Shown: piece by piece, positions 23,336 to 35,711 of the stretch | Layout: each line of letters opens with the position of its first letter | How positions within the stretch are numbered: position 1 is the stretch's first letter | NCBI GenBank assembly: GCA_020137815.1 | Contig: CM035355.1 | Span: 1-64,000, forward strand | Source of the DNA: Hormiphora californensis | Lineage: Eukaryota > Animalia > Ctenophora | Length of the DNA: 64,000 bases | Direction of reading: 5' to 3' | Translations under genes and position numbers: made by a program | The notes under the pieces: generated by a model | Database searches by the model: none | What the model saw: only the letters and a program-made list of their open reading frames with translations | What the model was told of the DNA's origin: nothing

Positions 23336-25117
23336 CTAGAAAGCCCATTGTTAAGTCCTACAATAGCCCCCCCCCCCCCTGACCCGTCTCAATGTCCCCC
23401 CCCCCTCTTACTCTTCGTCTCTCCATGTCGGGGTAAAGAAAATGGAGGTTGGTAGTGGTAGAGCGCTGGTGATAAACATCAAGGGAAATTCCGCTGAATA
23501 ACATATGTAGAATCAGGTGATAAAGATCCGTAGAATTGTAGCTGTGTAGAGAATCAACGGGGTACGTAGGTAGAAAGGCTTTGGCAATCATGGCGACCCC
23601 AGCAGTAGATCCTAAAACACAACAGGAACACCACAGGAACACACAACAAACAACCAACAACATGCACGTGCAGTATCCCTCATATACCCCTCCCAGGGCA
23701 CCTCCTTGGCAACCCCCCACCATTTGCACGTGGGATACTACATCACCCTCCTCACTACGACGTTCATTTGTACTTTATAATAAGGACTAGAAAGCCCATT
23801 GTTAAGTCCTATAACAGCCCCCCCCCACCCGTCTCTATGCCCCCCCCCTCTCACTCTTCGTCTCTCCATGTCGGGGTAAAGAATACGGAGGTTGGTAGTG
23901 GTAGAGCGCTGGTGATAAACATCAAGGAAAATCCCGCTGAATAACATGTAGAATCAGGTGATAAAGATCCGTAGAATTGTAGCTGTGTAGAGAATCAATG
24001 GGGTAGGTAGAAAAGCTTTGGCAATCATGGCGGTCCCAGCAGTAGATCCCAAAACACCACGAAACACCACAGGAACACACAACAAACAACCAACAACATG
24101 CACGTGCAGTATCCCCCTCCAATACCCCTCCCAAGCCACCTCCCAGGGCAACCCCCTCTATTTGCACGTGAGGATAGGTCATACTCCTCCTCATCACGAC
24201 GTTCATTTGCTTATTATAATAAGGACTAGAAAGCCCATTGAGATCCTACAACAGCCCCCCCCCCCCCACCCGTCTCTATATGTCTCTCTCCCCCCCCTCA
24301 CTCTTTGTCTTTCCATATCGGGGCAAAGAATACGGAGGTTGGTAGTGGTAGAGCGCTGGTGATAAACATCAAGGGAAATCCCGCTGAATAACATGTAGAA
24401 TCAGGTGATAAAGATCCGTAGAATTGTAGCTGTGTAGAGAATCAACGGGGTACGTAGGTAGAAAGGCTTTGGCTATCATGGCGGCTCCAGCAGTAGATCC
24501 TAAAACACCACAGGAACAACACAGGAACACACAACAAACAACTAACAACATGCACGTGCAGTATCCCCCTCCAATACCCCTCCCAGAGCACCTCCTTGGC
24601 AACCCCCCACCATTTGCACGTGGGATACTACATCATCCTCCTCACGACGTTCATTTGTACTTTATAATATAGACTAGAAAGCCCATTGAACACCCCCCCC
24701 CCACCCGTCTCTATGTCCCCGCCCCCCCCCTCTCATTCTTCGTCTCTCCATGTCGGGGTAAAGAATACGGAGGTTGGTATTATAGTGGTAGAGCGCTGGT
24801 GATAAACATCAAGGGAAATCCCGCTGAATAACATGTAGAATCAGGTGATAAAGATCCATAGAATTGTAGCTGTGTAGAGAATCAACGGGGTACGTAGGTA
24901 GAAAGGCTTTGGCTATCATGGCAGCCCAACAGTAGATCCCAAAACACCACAGGAACAACACAGGAACACGCAAGAAACAACAAACAACATGCACGTGCAG
25001 TATCCCCCCTCCAATACCCCTCCCAAGCCACCTCCTTGGCAACCCCCCTCTATTTGCACGTGATGATACTACATCATACTCCTCACCACGCCACGCATTT
25101 GCAAATTATAATAAGGA
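23336..25117 (-). mobile_element. Tandem array of 4 non-autonomous Helitrons, family F (451, 439, 448, 444 bp)
   Basis: Units 23336-23786, 23787-24225, 24226-24673 and 24674-25117, each 5'-TC...CTAG-3' on the minus strand. Inserted at A|T with no TSD; the empty site GACACAA|TGTCTGC is preserved in the opposite TIR of G (~26771-26784). Confidence 0.88.
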
Positions 25118-25479
25118 TGTCTGCATGGTTACTCATTCGAGGAATCCGAAGTTTCAGCCCTCTGGATAAAAGTTCATTTTTTCTGACCGAATGAACATTG
25201 AATGAACACCAATATGGGACCATATTTCGGTACCAAAGTTTCACAAATTTGTTTGGCTATCGATTTCCTTTCGAATGGGACCCGTTTGAGCTTAATTGGA
25301 TCACCACAAGAATCACAGTGATCCGCTGTCTAAGCCTAGGGTAAGCTATGTGATCCCCATCAAATTATGACGTGTTAGCAAGAGAGCTTCCATTTTTACG
25401 GATGCTGTATCGGTACACCATCCTCATTAGCAGACTTGATACGTGATACTCGACCATCACACCTGCATATTGGCACTTA

Positions 25480-26270
25480 TAGTAGAGTCGATAACTACAT
25501 CGACCTCTCCCAATTGTTCCAGTTTTTGTCACATCTGTTTGGAGCCTCGACACGACCTCTAAACAGGTGTTACTTTTTCACAAACTGTTTTCATCTTGGT
25601 GTAATCAGCAGTTGAAATGTTGCTGATCATAACAAAAACCTAACTATTTTTTTCAACTTGGGGTAAAACCATGGGTGTCAAAAGTTAGCTCTAGGTCCCC
25701 TGAGTAACCATCCGGAGACTTTAAGAGATATTTCAAGCCGTTCTCCCGTAATCATTAATCCCGGTGGAGAAAAAACACAATGCGGACGTACGTGAGCGCT
25801 GGCAGGCTGTTTACATGTTATTGTATGTCTCTCACTCTCTCTGGAAAAACCGCACGTGCGGTTGCGCCGCGCGAGATAACTCTTTCTCAAGGGGGAGAAA
25901 AGAGAGAGACGCACATTAACGTTATACATTAAAGTTGAGGTTGTAGGCAATTGTACGTACGTCCATACTCAAATATGTGCTCTACCGGGATTAATGATTA
26001 CAGGAGAACGGCTTGAAATATCTCTTAGAGTCTCCGGATGGTTACTCAGGGGACCTAGAGCTAACTTTTGACACCCATGGTTTTACCCCAAGTTGAAAAA
26101 AAATAGTTAGGTTTTTGTTATGATCAGCAACATTTCAACTGCTGATTACACCAAGATGAAAACAGTTTGTGAAAAAGTAACACCTGTTTAGAGGTCGTGT
26201 CGAGGCTCCAAACAGATGTGACAAAAACTGGAACAATTGGGAGAGGTCGATGTAGTTATCGACTCTACTA
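25480..26270. mobile_element. MITE family X, intact copy (TTA TSD, PIF/Harbinger-like)
   Basis: TTA|TAGTAGAGTCGATAACTACATCG...CGATGTAGTTATCGACTCTACTA|TTA with ~285-bp near-perfect TIRs. Confidence 0.92.
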
Positions 26271-27416
26271 TTAGTAATGACGCTATCGTCTCATTAGGTG
26301 TCAGATGACCAAACCTAGGGTTAGATAACTAGACACTGTGTCTCTTGTGGTAGTCCAATTGAGCTCAAATTAGTCGCATTTGAAAGGAAATCGATACCCA
26401 AAGGCGACTGTGAAATTCCGGTTCCAAAAAGCATTCCTGTTTTCAAGTTCATTCAGGATTCATTCCAGTCGGAAAAATGAATTTTAAGATAGAGAGCTTA
26501 AATTCCGGCTAACATCAAAATTGATCAAGTGTAGTGGCCGTACAGATTTTTAGCGCCTGAATTTACCGATTTCTGGTCAAAACAGGTCAAAATCGATATA
26601 TATCGATATATAATTGATACTTGCTCTATTGTATGGCGGTTTTTAAAATAATAAAATCGAATTTAATCAAGAGAAAACCTCAAAAAACCCGAAAAACGAA
26701 AAATTGAGTTCATTAATGAACTTTCAACTTTTATGATTTGAAACTTCGGATTCCTCGAATGAGTACCCATGCAGACATTGTGTCAAAATATCAGAGTGAT
26801 TGAAATTAAACTTCTGGGTGAAAAGAAGGCCAACGTATCCTCCCTTTAATTTGGGCCATGCGGTATGGCATTTTAGCACGTGCAGGTTTAGAGGTGGAGT
26901 ACTACTAGAGTGGGGCCAGGGGTGGGAGCCGTTGCCAAGGAATGTTACTACTTACTGCAGCTGCACGTGCAGCTGTTCCTGATTCGTTTTGTGTCACTGT
27001 TCCAGCTATTATTCTCTCTTCAACAACCGTTGATATACGAAGACGACAATTGGAGATCTTACCGCCATTTTCTACTTTTCCATACACTGAGCAACACCAA
27101 GAGAAGTGCAGAGACAACAAAAAAGAGTTGGAAGTTAGGACAGAACCGATGATCAATCTCAGATGAATATACTGCAAACAGACGAAACGCGAGGAGTCTG
27201 CAAAATAGTAAGTTCTTTCATCACTTTGATCGCCCTATCATCATCATCTGACGTTATGAAACTCGCAGCGATCCCGCCTGAGGTCCTTTTACGGTACAGT
27301 AACTTAAGATGGGATGGTGCATGTCAACAGTGCTCCCTAACCCAGCCACCATTTCCCCGAAATTCGCCCGTATGGCGAACGGGTTTACTAGTATGTATTA
27401 AAAATTTAATGAATAT

Positions 27417-27718
27417 GGGGAAACTCTAACTGAATGGCATCCCATTAATGGGATCCCATCAACAGTAAAAATCTAACTGATAATGGACCACAGTGATGGT
27501 TCTTTCTCTGAATTCTCTCTGTAGGCAGTACATCTATGTACTGCCTACAGAGAGAATACAGAGAAAGAACTATAGGGCATGCCCGGGCACGGGCGCGCAC
27601 ACAGAGAGATTCTCTCAGAGAATACAGAGAAAGAACCATCACTGTGGTCCATTATCAGTTAGAGTTTTACTGTTGATGGGATCCCATTAATGGGATGCCA
27701 TTCAGTTAGAGTTTCCCC
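27417..27718. mobile_element. Palindromic MITE with GGGG..CCCC termini
   Basis: GGGGAAACTCTAACTGAATGGCATCCC...GGGATGCCATTCAGTTAGAGTTTCCCC, interrupting family A sequence. Confidence 0.82.
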
Positions 27719-27758
27719 TTTGTTTGTAAAACACAAGGATTGTTTCTATCCTGTTTAA

Positions 27759-28215
27759 AGTAAGAGTGGCGCACCGTGTTTTCTCACAAAACTTAGTGGA
27801 TGAACGGGGAGTACGGCCACCAAGACCATTGGTACGGTATCAAAATTTCAAATTCTGTCTCGTTCATTTGTTATGACGTAATATGTTCATTATTTCAACT
27901 TTCATAAAATCGCTCTACAGAAAAATCTGTGCATTGTGGATTGAAATGAATGCTTGCATCGTGTTCAGCGTCAAAAAATAGTCGGGGTACCAAATTTTGG
28001 TGTCTCTACCTTGTCTGTGACGCGAGATAACGACAATTATCAAAAACGACCAAAATGGGTGAGAGAGATTGTTATCTTTGGGTGCTAGTTGTTTGTGTGC
28101 GCCACCCAAGTGTAACAAACTCTCTTTCTCTCACTTTAGTCGTTTTTATATTTGTCAATATCTCGCGTCACACACAAGGTAGAGACACTAGATTCTGATT
28201 CTATCCACTCTCACT
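27759..28215. mobile_element. TTAA-flanked element sharing the terminal 11 bp with family A
   Basis: TTAA|AGTAAGAGTGG...CCACTCTCACT|TTAA with an unrelated interior. Ends 24 nt before the splice acceptor. Confidence 0.65.
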
Positions 28216-28239
28216 TTAAAATTTCTTATTTCGTATCAG

Positions 28240-28774
28240 GTTTTTTAATTCAATTCCAACCTACGAGCCTCTATCATATCAACAAAACTCGGTGCCAGTA
28301 AGCTATAATGAAGAGGATGATGACCTTCACAAAGATAGCATTGCAATTCCCTTTTACTCTCTTTTGGGTGAGATATTTGAGATACATGGTCATTTGCAAT
28401 GGTTGCGGCGGCAAATAATATATCTTGTGCGGATAACCTTTGGGGGTACCATCGAACGCCAGATTTATCGAGCAATGTCCTGGGCGACTTCTGAACAGCA
28501 AATATTGTGGTACTTACAGTCTTTTAAAACAGCGATGTGGGGAGAATCAGAATATGATAATAAAGAAGCCGCCAGGGCTCAAGTTAAAATGACACTATTA
28601 CAAACACCGCCACAGTTGTTAGTTGTACTATTTGGTGCGAGTAAAACACGAAAAGGCCTTGTGAAACTATTGGACACAATTGAAAATGTGAATGAAACTA
28701 AGCAACTTGTTTATACTTCGATTGAGTTACTTATGCTTCATATGATAGGGCCATATACACAGTCGATGGAATAA
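28240..28774 (+). CDS. SNX25: Terminal exon of a sorting nexin, C-terminal Nexin_C (PXC) domain, SNX25-like
   Basis: TTTCTTATTTCGTATCAG acceptor. Reads DSIAIPFYSLLGEIFEIHGHLQWLRRQIIYLVRITFGGTIERQI...SEQQILWYLQSFKTAMW...KQLVYTSIELL, recognisable as the SNX25/13/14 Nexin_C domain. Stop TAA overlaps AATAAA. Confidence 0.85.
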
Positions 28775-29052
28775 ACTTTTGACAAATATCAATTTTCCTA
28801 GTTTTATTTCTATAATTAGTTCAAGGGTCAGCAGTCAGCAGTCAGCACACACCAACGTTAAAATTAAATTTAAAATTTTGATTTTAACACCGTACACACC
28901 AGCGGCCGTTAAAATTTCTCTCCCCATTCTAAAAGTAACGATCTTGCGCACCAGTTTGACGGCGTGTTAAAATGTTAGTTTTGCTTGTAGTAGAGAAACT
29001 GTTTTCAAAAACGGTACACAGACGCAGTGTTGGCGCAGCGCACATGTAATAC

Positions 29053-29403
29053 ATAATAATAAAGGGTTTTTAGTATACCGCTCAGTCCAGACAGGGCTGG
29101 ATCATTGACATGAGTCCAACACTGCCCAGATTCAGAGCGGTACACCGAGATTGTTAATATCCTGACTCACTTAGAACAAAATAGACACATCTACTGATTA
29201 TATACTCCAAAAAATTGAAAAAAGCCTAAGGAAAAACGGGACACATAAACTTCTGGAAAACAACTTGTTAGCTGAAATTAAATAACAGACTATATATAAA
29301 TCGGGATAAAGAAACAAAGCCAGCAGCCATCATGCTACAAACAAAAGTCAGCTCAACTGCATCAGCAGCCCCCTGCTATAATAGTAAGGAATTGCTATGC
29401 TAG
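29053..29403. repeat. Dispersed ~350-bp repeat O (class unclear); inverted copy at 60563-60930
   Basis: High-identity reverse-complement match. (TAA)n at one end, GCTAG at the other. Confidence 0.7.
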
Positions 29404-29907
29404 AGGGCGATTTCAAATATTGGTAACAATTCCCACGGTCAAAAAGTCACATTTTTTTTACTTTTTCCAAGTTTCAGGCTAAAATATTCGATCAATCATA
29501 GTTAGCCTTTGGAAAATGCCATTTAATGGGTTTCCTGACATCGTTAGGCATTAGATTTTATAGCTATTCTATAAAAAAGTTTACAGGCTAACACGTGTAT
29601 ATTAAATGTGAAGGGGTAATGGGGGGTTTTCAGTGAGTAAATTAAGGCTAAAGTTCAATAAATTGATTCTAATGCTTTCCTTAGAATTTGAGACTGAAGT
29701 TTACTTTTTTGACAGCCTCGAGTAATTATGCACTCATAAATTAAATTTATTTGCAAATATTCGTCCTAATGTTGATATTAGTGACGATTTCAAGGCTAAA
29801 CGCTACTTTTTGAAGGTTATTTACATAAATAATCGTTTCTAACAATCAGAAGAAATGTTTTAGACATTAGAATAGATACTAAAATGATTTTAAAGGCTAT
29901 TGTATCG

Positions 29908-31347
29908 TTAGCGCTGGCTAAGACCCTTTGAAAAAGCCACAACTTTGGTCTTCTTCGCATTAATCTTCAGACCAGCGTACCCTGCGTATTTTACCAGCAA
30001 ATCTGTTGACTCCTGGAGCCCTTCCTCAGTATCATCCATTACAGCCATGTCATCAGCATAATCGAGATCCAGGATCCATTCTCCACCCCCATCACTCTCA
30101 GCGCCATGAAGAGTGAGACCCCTAGAGACAGTCTTGTTGGACTCAGCGAGCTGAGCCGCCCAGTTAATCACGATGTTGAAGACTGGTGGACCCTGAATGT
30201 CGCCCTGACCGGTACCACTGAGGACACTGAACCAGCTGGAGAGCTCCCCGTCATGTTTCACTGCACTCATAGTACCGTCAAAGAATGCTCGAATTATCCG
30301 GACATACTTCTCTGGAAGACCATAATGGCGAAATGCGGCCCAGAAAAAATCCCTGTTAATACAATCGAATGCTGATTTGAAGTCAATAAAGTTTATATAC
30401 AACGGTAAATTATATTCTATACACTGATGGATGATGGTACGGAGGGAATAAATCTGATCCACACAAGACCGGTTACGTCTGAATCCACACTGATTCTCTC
30501 GAAGTGACAACCTTTAACCACTCCTCCGGGACCTTCTCCTCCCTCCAGACTCCACCAAACAGATCCACAAGGGGGCCAACAAGACCGGACGAGCCATACC
30601 GTAGCTGTTCGTTCGAGATCCCATCAACGCCAGGACTCTTATGGTTTTTGAGCCTGTTCAGTGCCACTAAAACTTCTCCACGAGAAGGCGGAGGATCATC
30701 CTCACCAAGATCCTCAAAGCACGAGTCCACCTCCAAACCATCCAGATCCGAGAGCTGTGATGTAGTTACAGGGGGGTTTAGCAGCTCAGTGAAGTGCTCC
30801 GCCCAGCGCTCCCGCTGTTGAACAGGATCAGCGATGAGTTCACCGTTCCTATCACGAACAGCAGTACCGCCGCGTTTCCTCGCACCGACAGATCTTTCAT
30901 ATGCTGCCAAAGTTCCCTCTGCCGCCCGTGCACCGCAGCATCCTCCAGATCAGACGCCAAACTATCCGCCCACCTTTCATCGTCCACCCGTGCTGCTTTC
31001 TTGACCTGCCTAGAGTACTCAGATCCACCCTCGGGATCATTCTTCTTCAGCTCAGCACGTTGGGCGATGAGGTCTCGAGTCTCCAGAGACAAGTGCTGCT
31101 GACGAATCCGTTTCGGCCGCGCTCCCAGGACCTCCAGTGACACCTCACCGATTACCTCCTTAAGTTGCCGCCACTGACCCTCCAGACTTTCCTCAGGCTC
31201 CAGAGATTCAAACCTGTTCCGGAGAGAGACATTGTATTCCGTGCGTGTCTCATCACACCCCTTCCTGAGATTCTCTATAGCTGGAACCTCCCTGAGTCCC
31301 TGACCGGTTTCCTACAGTTCTTAGCTGCACTCAGCCGGATCCTAACC
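29908..31347 (-). pseudogene. Degenerate RTE LINE fragment (same family as 6839-8846)
   Basis: Peptides nearly identical to the 6869-8758 ORF (NQCGFRRNRSC, YADD), with frameshifts and a deletion at ~30503. Confidence 0.92.
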
Positions 31348-31900
31348 TTACCCCGAACCAGGACACCGAGAGATTTTAAAGCGTGACGAGTTGCTAGCAC
31401 GACACGCCGCATTGCCCCTCAGTCTCTTAGCATGACCCAGGATGGACCACGGGGAGGTGGACTGATCGGACTTGTCATGTGAGCGGTGGACGTTGGCAGC
31501 AACGACACACATCACACAACCATTCCCATCCCATTCACCAAACCAATCAGCCAAAATTTTGTTAATTGTCTAATGAACAATGAACATATTTTGAAAGTTT
31601 GAGCTTTCTACCTCATCAGGTTGCAGAGATCTAAGCGCTCAAATTTAGAGGAGTTTTTTGGGTTACAGGTTCATTCAGGAACGACCGATTTTGCTGAAAT
31701 TCACGTACAATAAATGAAATGTAGCCATCTAGTATCTACCTTGTCCTAAAATTTCAGGGCAAAATATTTACACCTTTTGACGCTTTTGGATATGCATTAG
31801 TTAACTTAAAACCGGTTTCAAGATGATCTAAGCACTCCTTCCGTGGGAACGACCGCGCACCAATAGTCACTCACTTTAGGTTGTTCGAAGCTGTAGAAGA

Positions 31901-34900
31901 TCAGATCCTCTGCTGCAACAGGGTCATCGCCTCGTGCGAACACCCTTCAGGTTTATCTCTCAGCCAATCCAGCACTGAGTTGTTGTTCCTCCTACTGTAA
32001 CCTTGAACAGGAGGTTCATCCGGGATTTCCTTGAAGCGCTTCGTAAGGGCCCGTTTGAAACTCTCGAACTTGTCAATGCGGCTGAGCTCTGCCGGGATAC
32101 TGTTCCATAGCTTTGGTCCTATGACCGCAAAGGACTCGTCATAGAGTGTTTGGTTTGCACTCGATCCTGTCTTGGTCATTGGTGGTACGACTGCCTTGAT
32201 CCCTGTCCAACCTTTGTCTTTAAACTGTATCTGGAGATGATTGCTGACTTGTCTGTTGTGTAGCTTACACATATGAATCACAATGTAACGCTCTCGTCTT
32301 CTTTGGAGAGACATCATGTCGAGCTTTGACAACCTACTCCAATAGTCTAGCCCCTTCGTACCATCGATCCTCTTTGTGAAGCTTCTCTGGACTGCTTTTA
32401 GGGTTTGAATATCCCCGATTTTTGAGGGGTGCCAGAGTGGGCATGCATACTCCAGAAGGCTTCGCACCAGGCTTTTGTAGAGGGTAAGCATCGGCTGGGT
32501 TTCTCTTGTCTCGAAGACGCTAAACACCCATGCTGCCTTTTTCCTCCCGCTTTCTGCCACTTTTCCAATGTGCTTCTTCCACTTCATATCAGCTGTTATC
32601 ACCACTCCTAGATCCCTCAGGTCCCCCTTTGCTTCGAGCACCCCCGCTGCCGTCTCATACGAAAACATCGCGTTTGAGAGAGGTAGCTCCTGTATACCTT
32701 CTACGGCTGCTTTCTCCTCTTTGCTTCGCTTTATCCCACTGTGTCTCATCAGCTCGAATTTATCCTGGTGGAGGTTCATGTTGTTCTTCTCCGTCCATGC
32801 TATCACTACATTCAGGTCTCTTTGCAGTACTGCCACGTCTTCTTCTCCTCTTATACTCTTCAATAGGCGGGTATCATCAGCAAAACACCTTAATGAACTG
32901 CCTTTCACGATCACAGATGCTATGTCTGTGATGTATATTATAAAGAGAATGGGTCCTAGTACTGACCCCTGGATAACCCCGCTTCTCACTAGTGCCACTA
33001 GCGACTTGACACGTCATTTACCGCTACTCTCTGCCTCCTTCCACTCAGAAACGACTCAATCCATTTCACCAGCTTTTCATTTACACCGTACTTTCGTAGT
33101 TTCTTCAGCAGTATCCCGTGGTCTACCTTATCGAATGCTTTGGCATAACCGACATAAATGGAATCAGTGTCCGCATTGTCCAGGCAATTCTCATATACCT
33201 CGTCAAAATGCTGTATGAGTTGTGTAAGCGTGCTTCTGCGCCTCCTGAAACCGTGCTGTCCAGGAAGAGGCCATTGGATTCAAAGTACTTGACCAGTCTT
33301 TTCCTCACAATCCTCTCAAAGGCTTTCCCTACATGGTCAGTCAATGACACGTGTCTGCAGTAGTTCTCTTCCCTTTTTGTACAGAGGCACGATGATAGAG
33401 TTCTTATACGTTTCTGGAACCCTACCTTCCTGGAGCGAGCGCCCCCGCTGCCGTCTCATACGAAAACATCGCGTTTGAGAGAGGTAGCTCCTGTATACCT
33501 TCTACGGCTGCTTTCTCCTCTTTGCTTCGCTTTATCCCACTGTGTCTCATCAGCTCGAATTTATCCTGGTGGAGGTTCATGTTGTTCTTCTCCGTCCATG
33601 CTATCACTACATTCAGGTCTCTTTGCAGTACTGCCACGTCTTCTTCTCCTCTTATACTCTTCAATAGGCGGGTATCATCAGCAAAACACCTTAATGAACT
33701 GCCTTTCACGATCACAGATGCTATGTCTGTGATGTATATTATAAAGAGAATGGGTCCTAGTACTGACCCCTGGATAACCCCGCTTCTCACTAGTGCCACT
33801 AGCGACTTGACACGTCATTTACCGCTACTCTCTGCCTCCTTCCACTCAGAAACGACTCAATCCATTTCACCAGCTTTTCATTTACACCGTACTTTCGTAG
33901 TTTCTTCAGCAGTATCCCGTGGTCTACCTTATCGAATGCTTTGGCATAACCGACATAAATGGAATCAGTGTCCGCATTGTCCAGGCAATTCTCATATACC
34001 TCGTCAAAATGCTGTATGAGTTGTGTAAGCGTGCTTCTGCGCCTCCTGAAACCGTGCTGTCCAGGAAGAGGCCATTGGATTCAAAGTACTTGACCAGTCT
34101 TTTCCTCACAATCCTCTCAAAGGCTTTCCCTACATGGTCAGTCAATGACACGTGTCTGCAGTAGTTCTCTTCCCTTTTTGTACAGAGGCACGATGATAGA
34201 GTTCTTATACGTTTCTGGAACCCTACCTTCCTGGAGCGAGCGCTTCCACATAAGGTGTAGAGGGCTGCTCACTGCTTCTGCACACGCCCTCAGAAGGTCC
34301 GCCGGAATTCCGTCTGGTCCCGATGCCGCTCCTTTCTTAATCTCCATAAGCGCCTCTGCTAACTCTGCCCGTGTAAATTCTAGCTCTTCATCTCCCTGCT
34401 TGCAGTTACAGGGAAGTCGCACTACATAGCCAGACGTCCGAGGTCAGGGACAGCATACCATCCTCATCCCTAGACTCGATCACTCCCACAACTTTCTCAC
34501 AGTCATGAGAGGGCTGGCTGCATAGGAAGCACCTCAGTAGCTCTCTCCTCCCGCGCTGAAAGGTGAATTTCTCTCCACATTCCAGGCATTCAGATGCTCC
34601 TATCAATATATTTAGTTCCCTTACTATCCTCTTCGCTAGTTGATCCTTGTTTGAAAACGCTTTGTTGTACAGTGCGTCTATTCCTAAGAATGTACTGCAA
34701 TCGTTCAGGTTTGGTCTCCCTACTGTGGTCACTTTGTTGGCATTCTCTGCCGCAGTCTTCCCTGGTTGAAAAAGCGTTATCACTGACTTCACTGCATCAG
34801 CTTGCTTTTTGTCTTTCAGCTTCTCTGCCACGGCTAACAATCCACCTAAAACACGTCCTGCCGGACTGACGGTGTTAGGGCCCATGATGATGATGTGGCT

Positions 34901-34980
34901 GAGGGTGGCGTGGTCCGAACTTCAGAGTGACTAACTCACGTAGTTGATGATCTTCTTCTTCTTGAGAGAGCTTACTGTGG
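31901..34980 (-). pseudogene. Internally deleted CR1/L2-group LINE: ORF1 with PHD-like finger joined to RT fragments, with an 801-bp tandem duplication
   Basis: 34406-34885 has CLEC..CFLC....HDC..WLC. RT motifs SGPDGI, GVIQGSVLGP, FADD and LYKSLVRSLLEY. 32641-33441 is repeated at 33442-34242. No APE domain. Confidence 0.88.
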
Positions 34981-35224
34981 GTGGTGTACGGCGCTCAAAT
35001 TACGTACACCTCAAATTAATTTGTTTAAAGTAGTGTTCCTAACTACTATGTCGATTTAACAGTCTAAGTCATTTATAAATACAGTATGTTTTAAGCCCTA
35101 AAAATCTTGCTGGGCGCGAACCTGGGCAGACCTAAACTGGGCAGACCTAAATTGCGGAAATATTTGGCACAACTTAAAATCTTTCCTAATGGCCACTTTC
35201 TAAAAGGTTTTCATTAAAATTTAA

Positions 35225-35681
35225 AGTGAGAGTGGACCGAATCAGAATTGGACAAGTTTGTTGTAGGTAGTAGAGACTAGAATTTTGAGCATTTTGCGTT
35301 TTTGCCGCTCAAAATCGACCCACCCATCACTGAGATATTTTTGTTATGTTGGGAGAACTCCTGTTTAATCAGTATGTATAAAACAGAATAGAAACAATCG
35401 TCGTGTTTTATTAACACATTCTGAATATAAGCAGTGAGGTTGACATGTCCATGTACAGAAGCAGGGCAAGGCAAGCCAGCATATTAAAAATCTAAAGAAT
35501 GTGTTAGTAAAACACAAGGATTTTTTCTATCCTGTTTGATAGATATTGCTCTAGCAGGAATTCTCCCAACAAAAATATCTCCGTGATGGATGGGTCGATT
35601 TTGAGCGACAAAAACGCAAAATGCTCAGAAAGCTAATCTCTACTACAAACTTGTCCAATTCTGATCCGGTCCACTCTCACT
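35225..35681. mobile_element. MITE family A
   Basis: TTAA TSD on both sides; full TIRs. Confidence 0.92.
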
Positions 35682-35711
35682 TTAAGATTGAGCGTGTTTT
35701 TTGGTAAACCC

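Larger units (their letters stand above)
23268..26845. mobile_element. DNA transposon G (TTAA TSD, AG..CT termini, Kolobok-like) hosting a Helitron array and MITE X
   Basis: TTAA|AGCGAGGGTACGTTGGCCTTCTTTTCACCCAG...CTGGGTGAAAAGAAGGCCAACGTATCCTCCCT|TTAA. Confidence 0.85.
18447..27391 (+). mobile_element. Non-autonomous Helitron H, expanded by nested elements
   Basis: 5' A|TCATACTACATATTATTAA continues after an insertion as TAAAGCAAATAGGGAAATCCC at 23207; an uninterrupted 5' end of the family is at 56624. 3' hairpin TTCGCCcgtatGGCGAA + CTAG|T at 27388-27392. Confidence 0.72.
17728..27754. mobile_element. MITE family A copy split by ~9.5 kb of nested insertions
   Basis: A sequence at 17728-17783, 18255-18446 (ends TCAGCA), 27396-27416 (TATTAAAAATTTAA) and 27721-27754 (AAACACAAGGATTGTTTCTATCCTGTT), collinear with intact A copies. 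Confidence 0.72.

Noticed and set aside
23336-25117. CRISPR-like regular array
   Set aside because: Whole ~445-bp units repeat with no unique spacers and no cas genes; the termini are Helitron-like and the context is eukaryotic.
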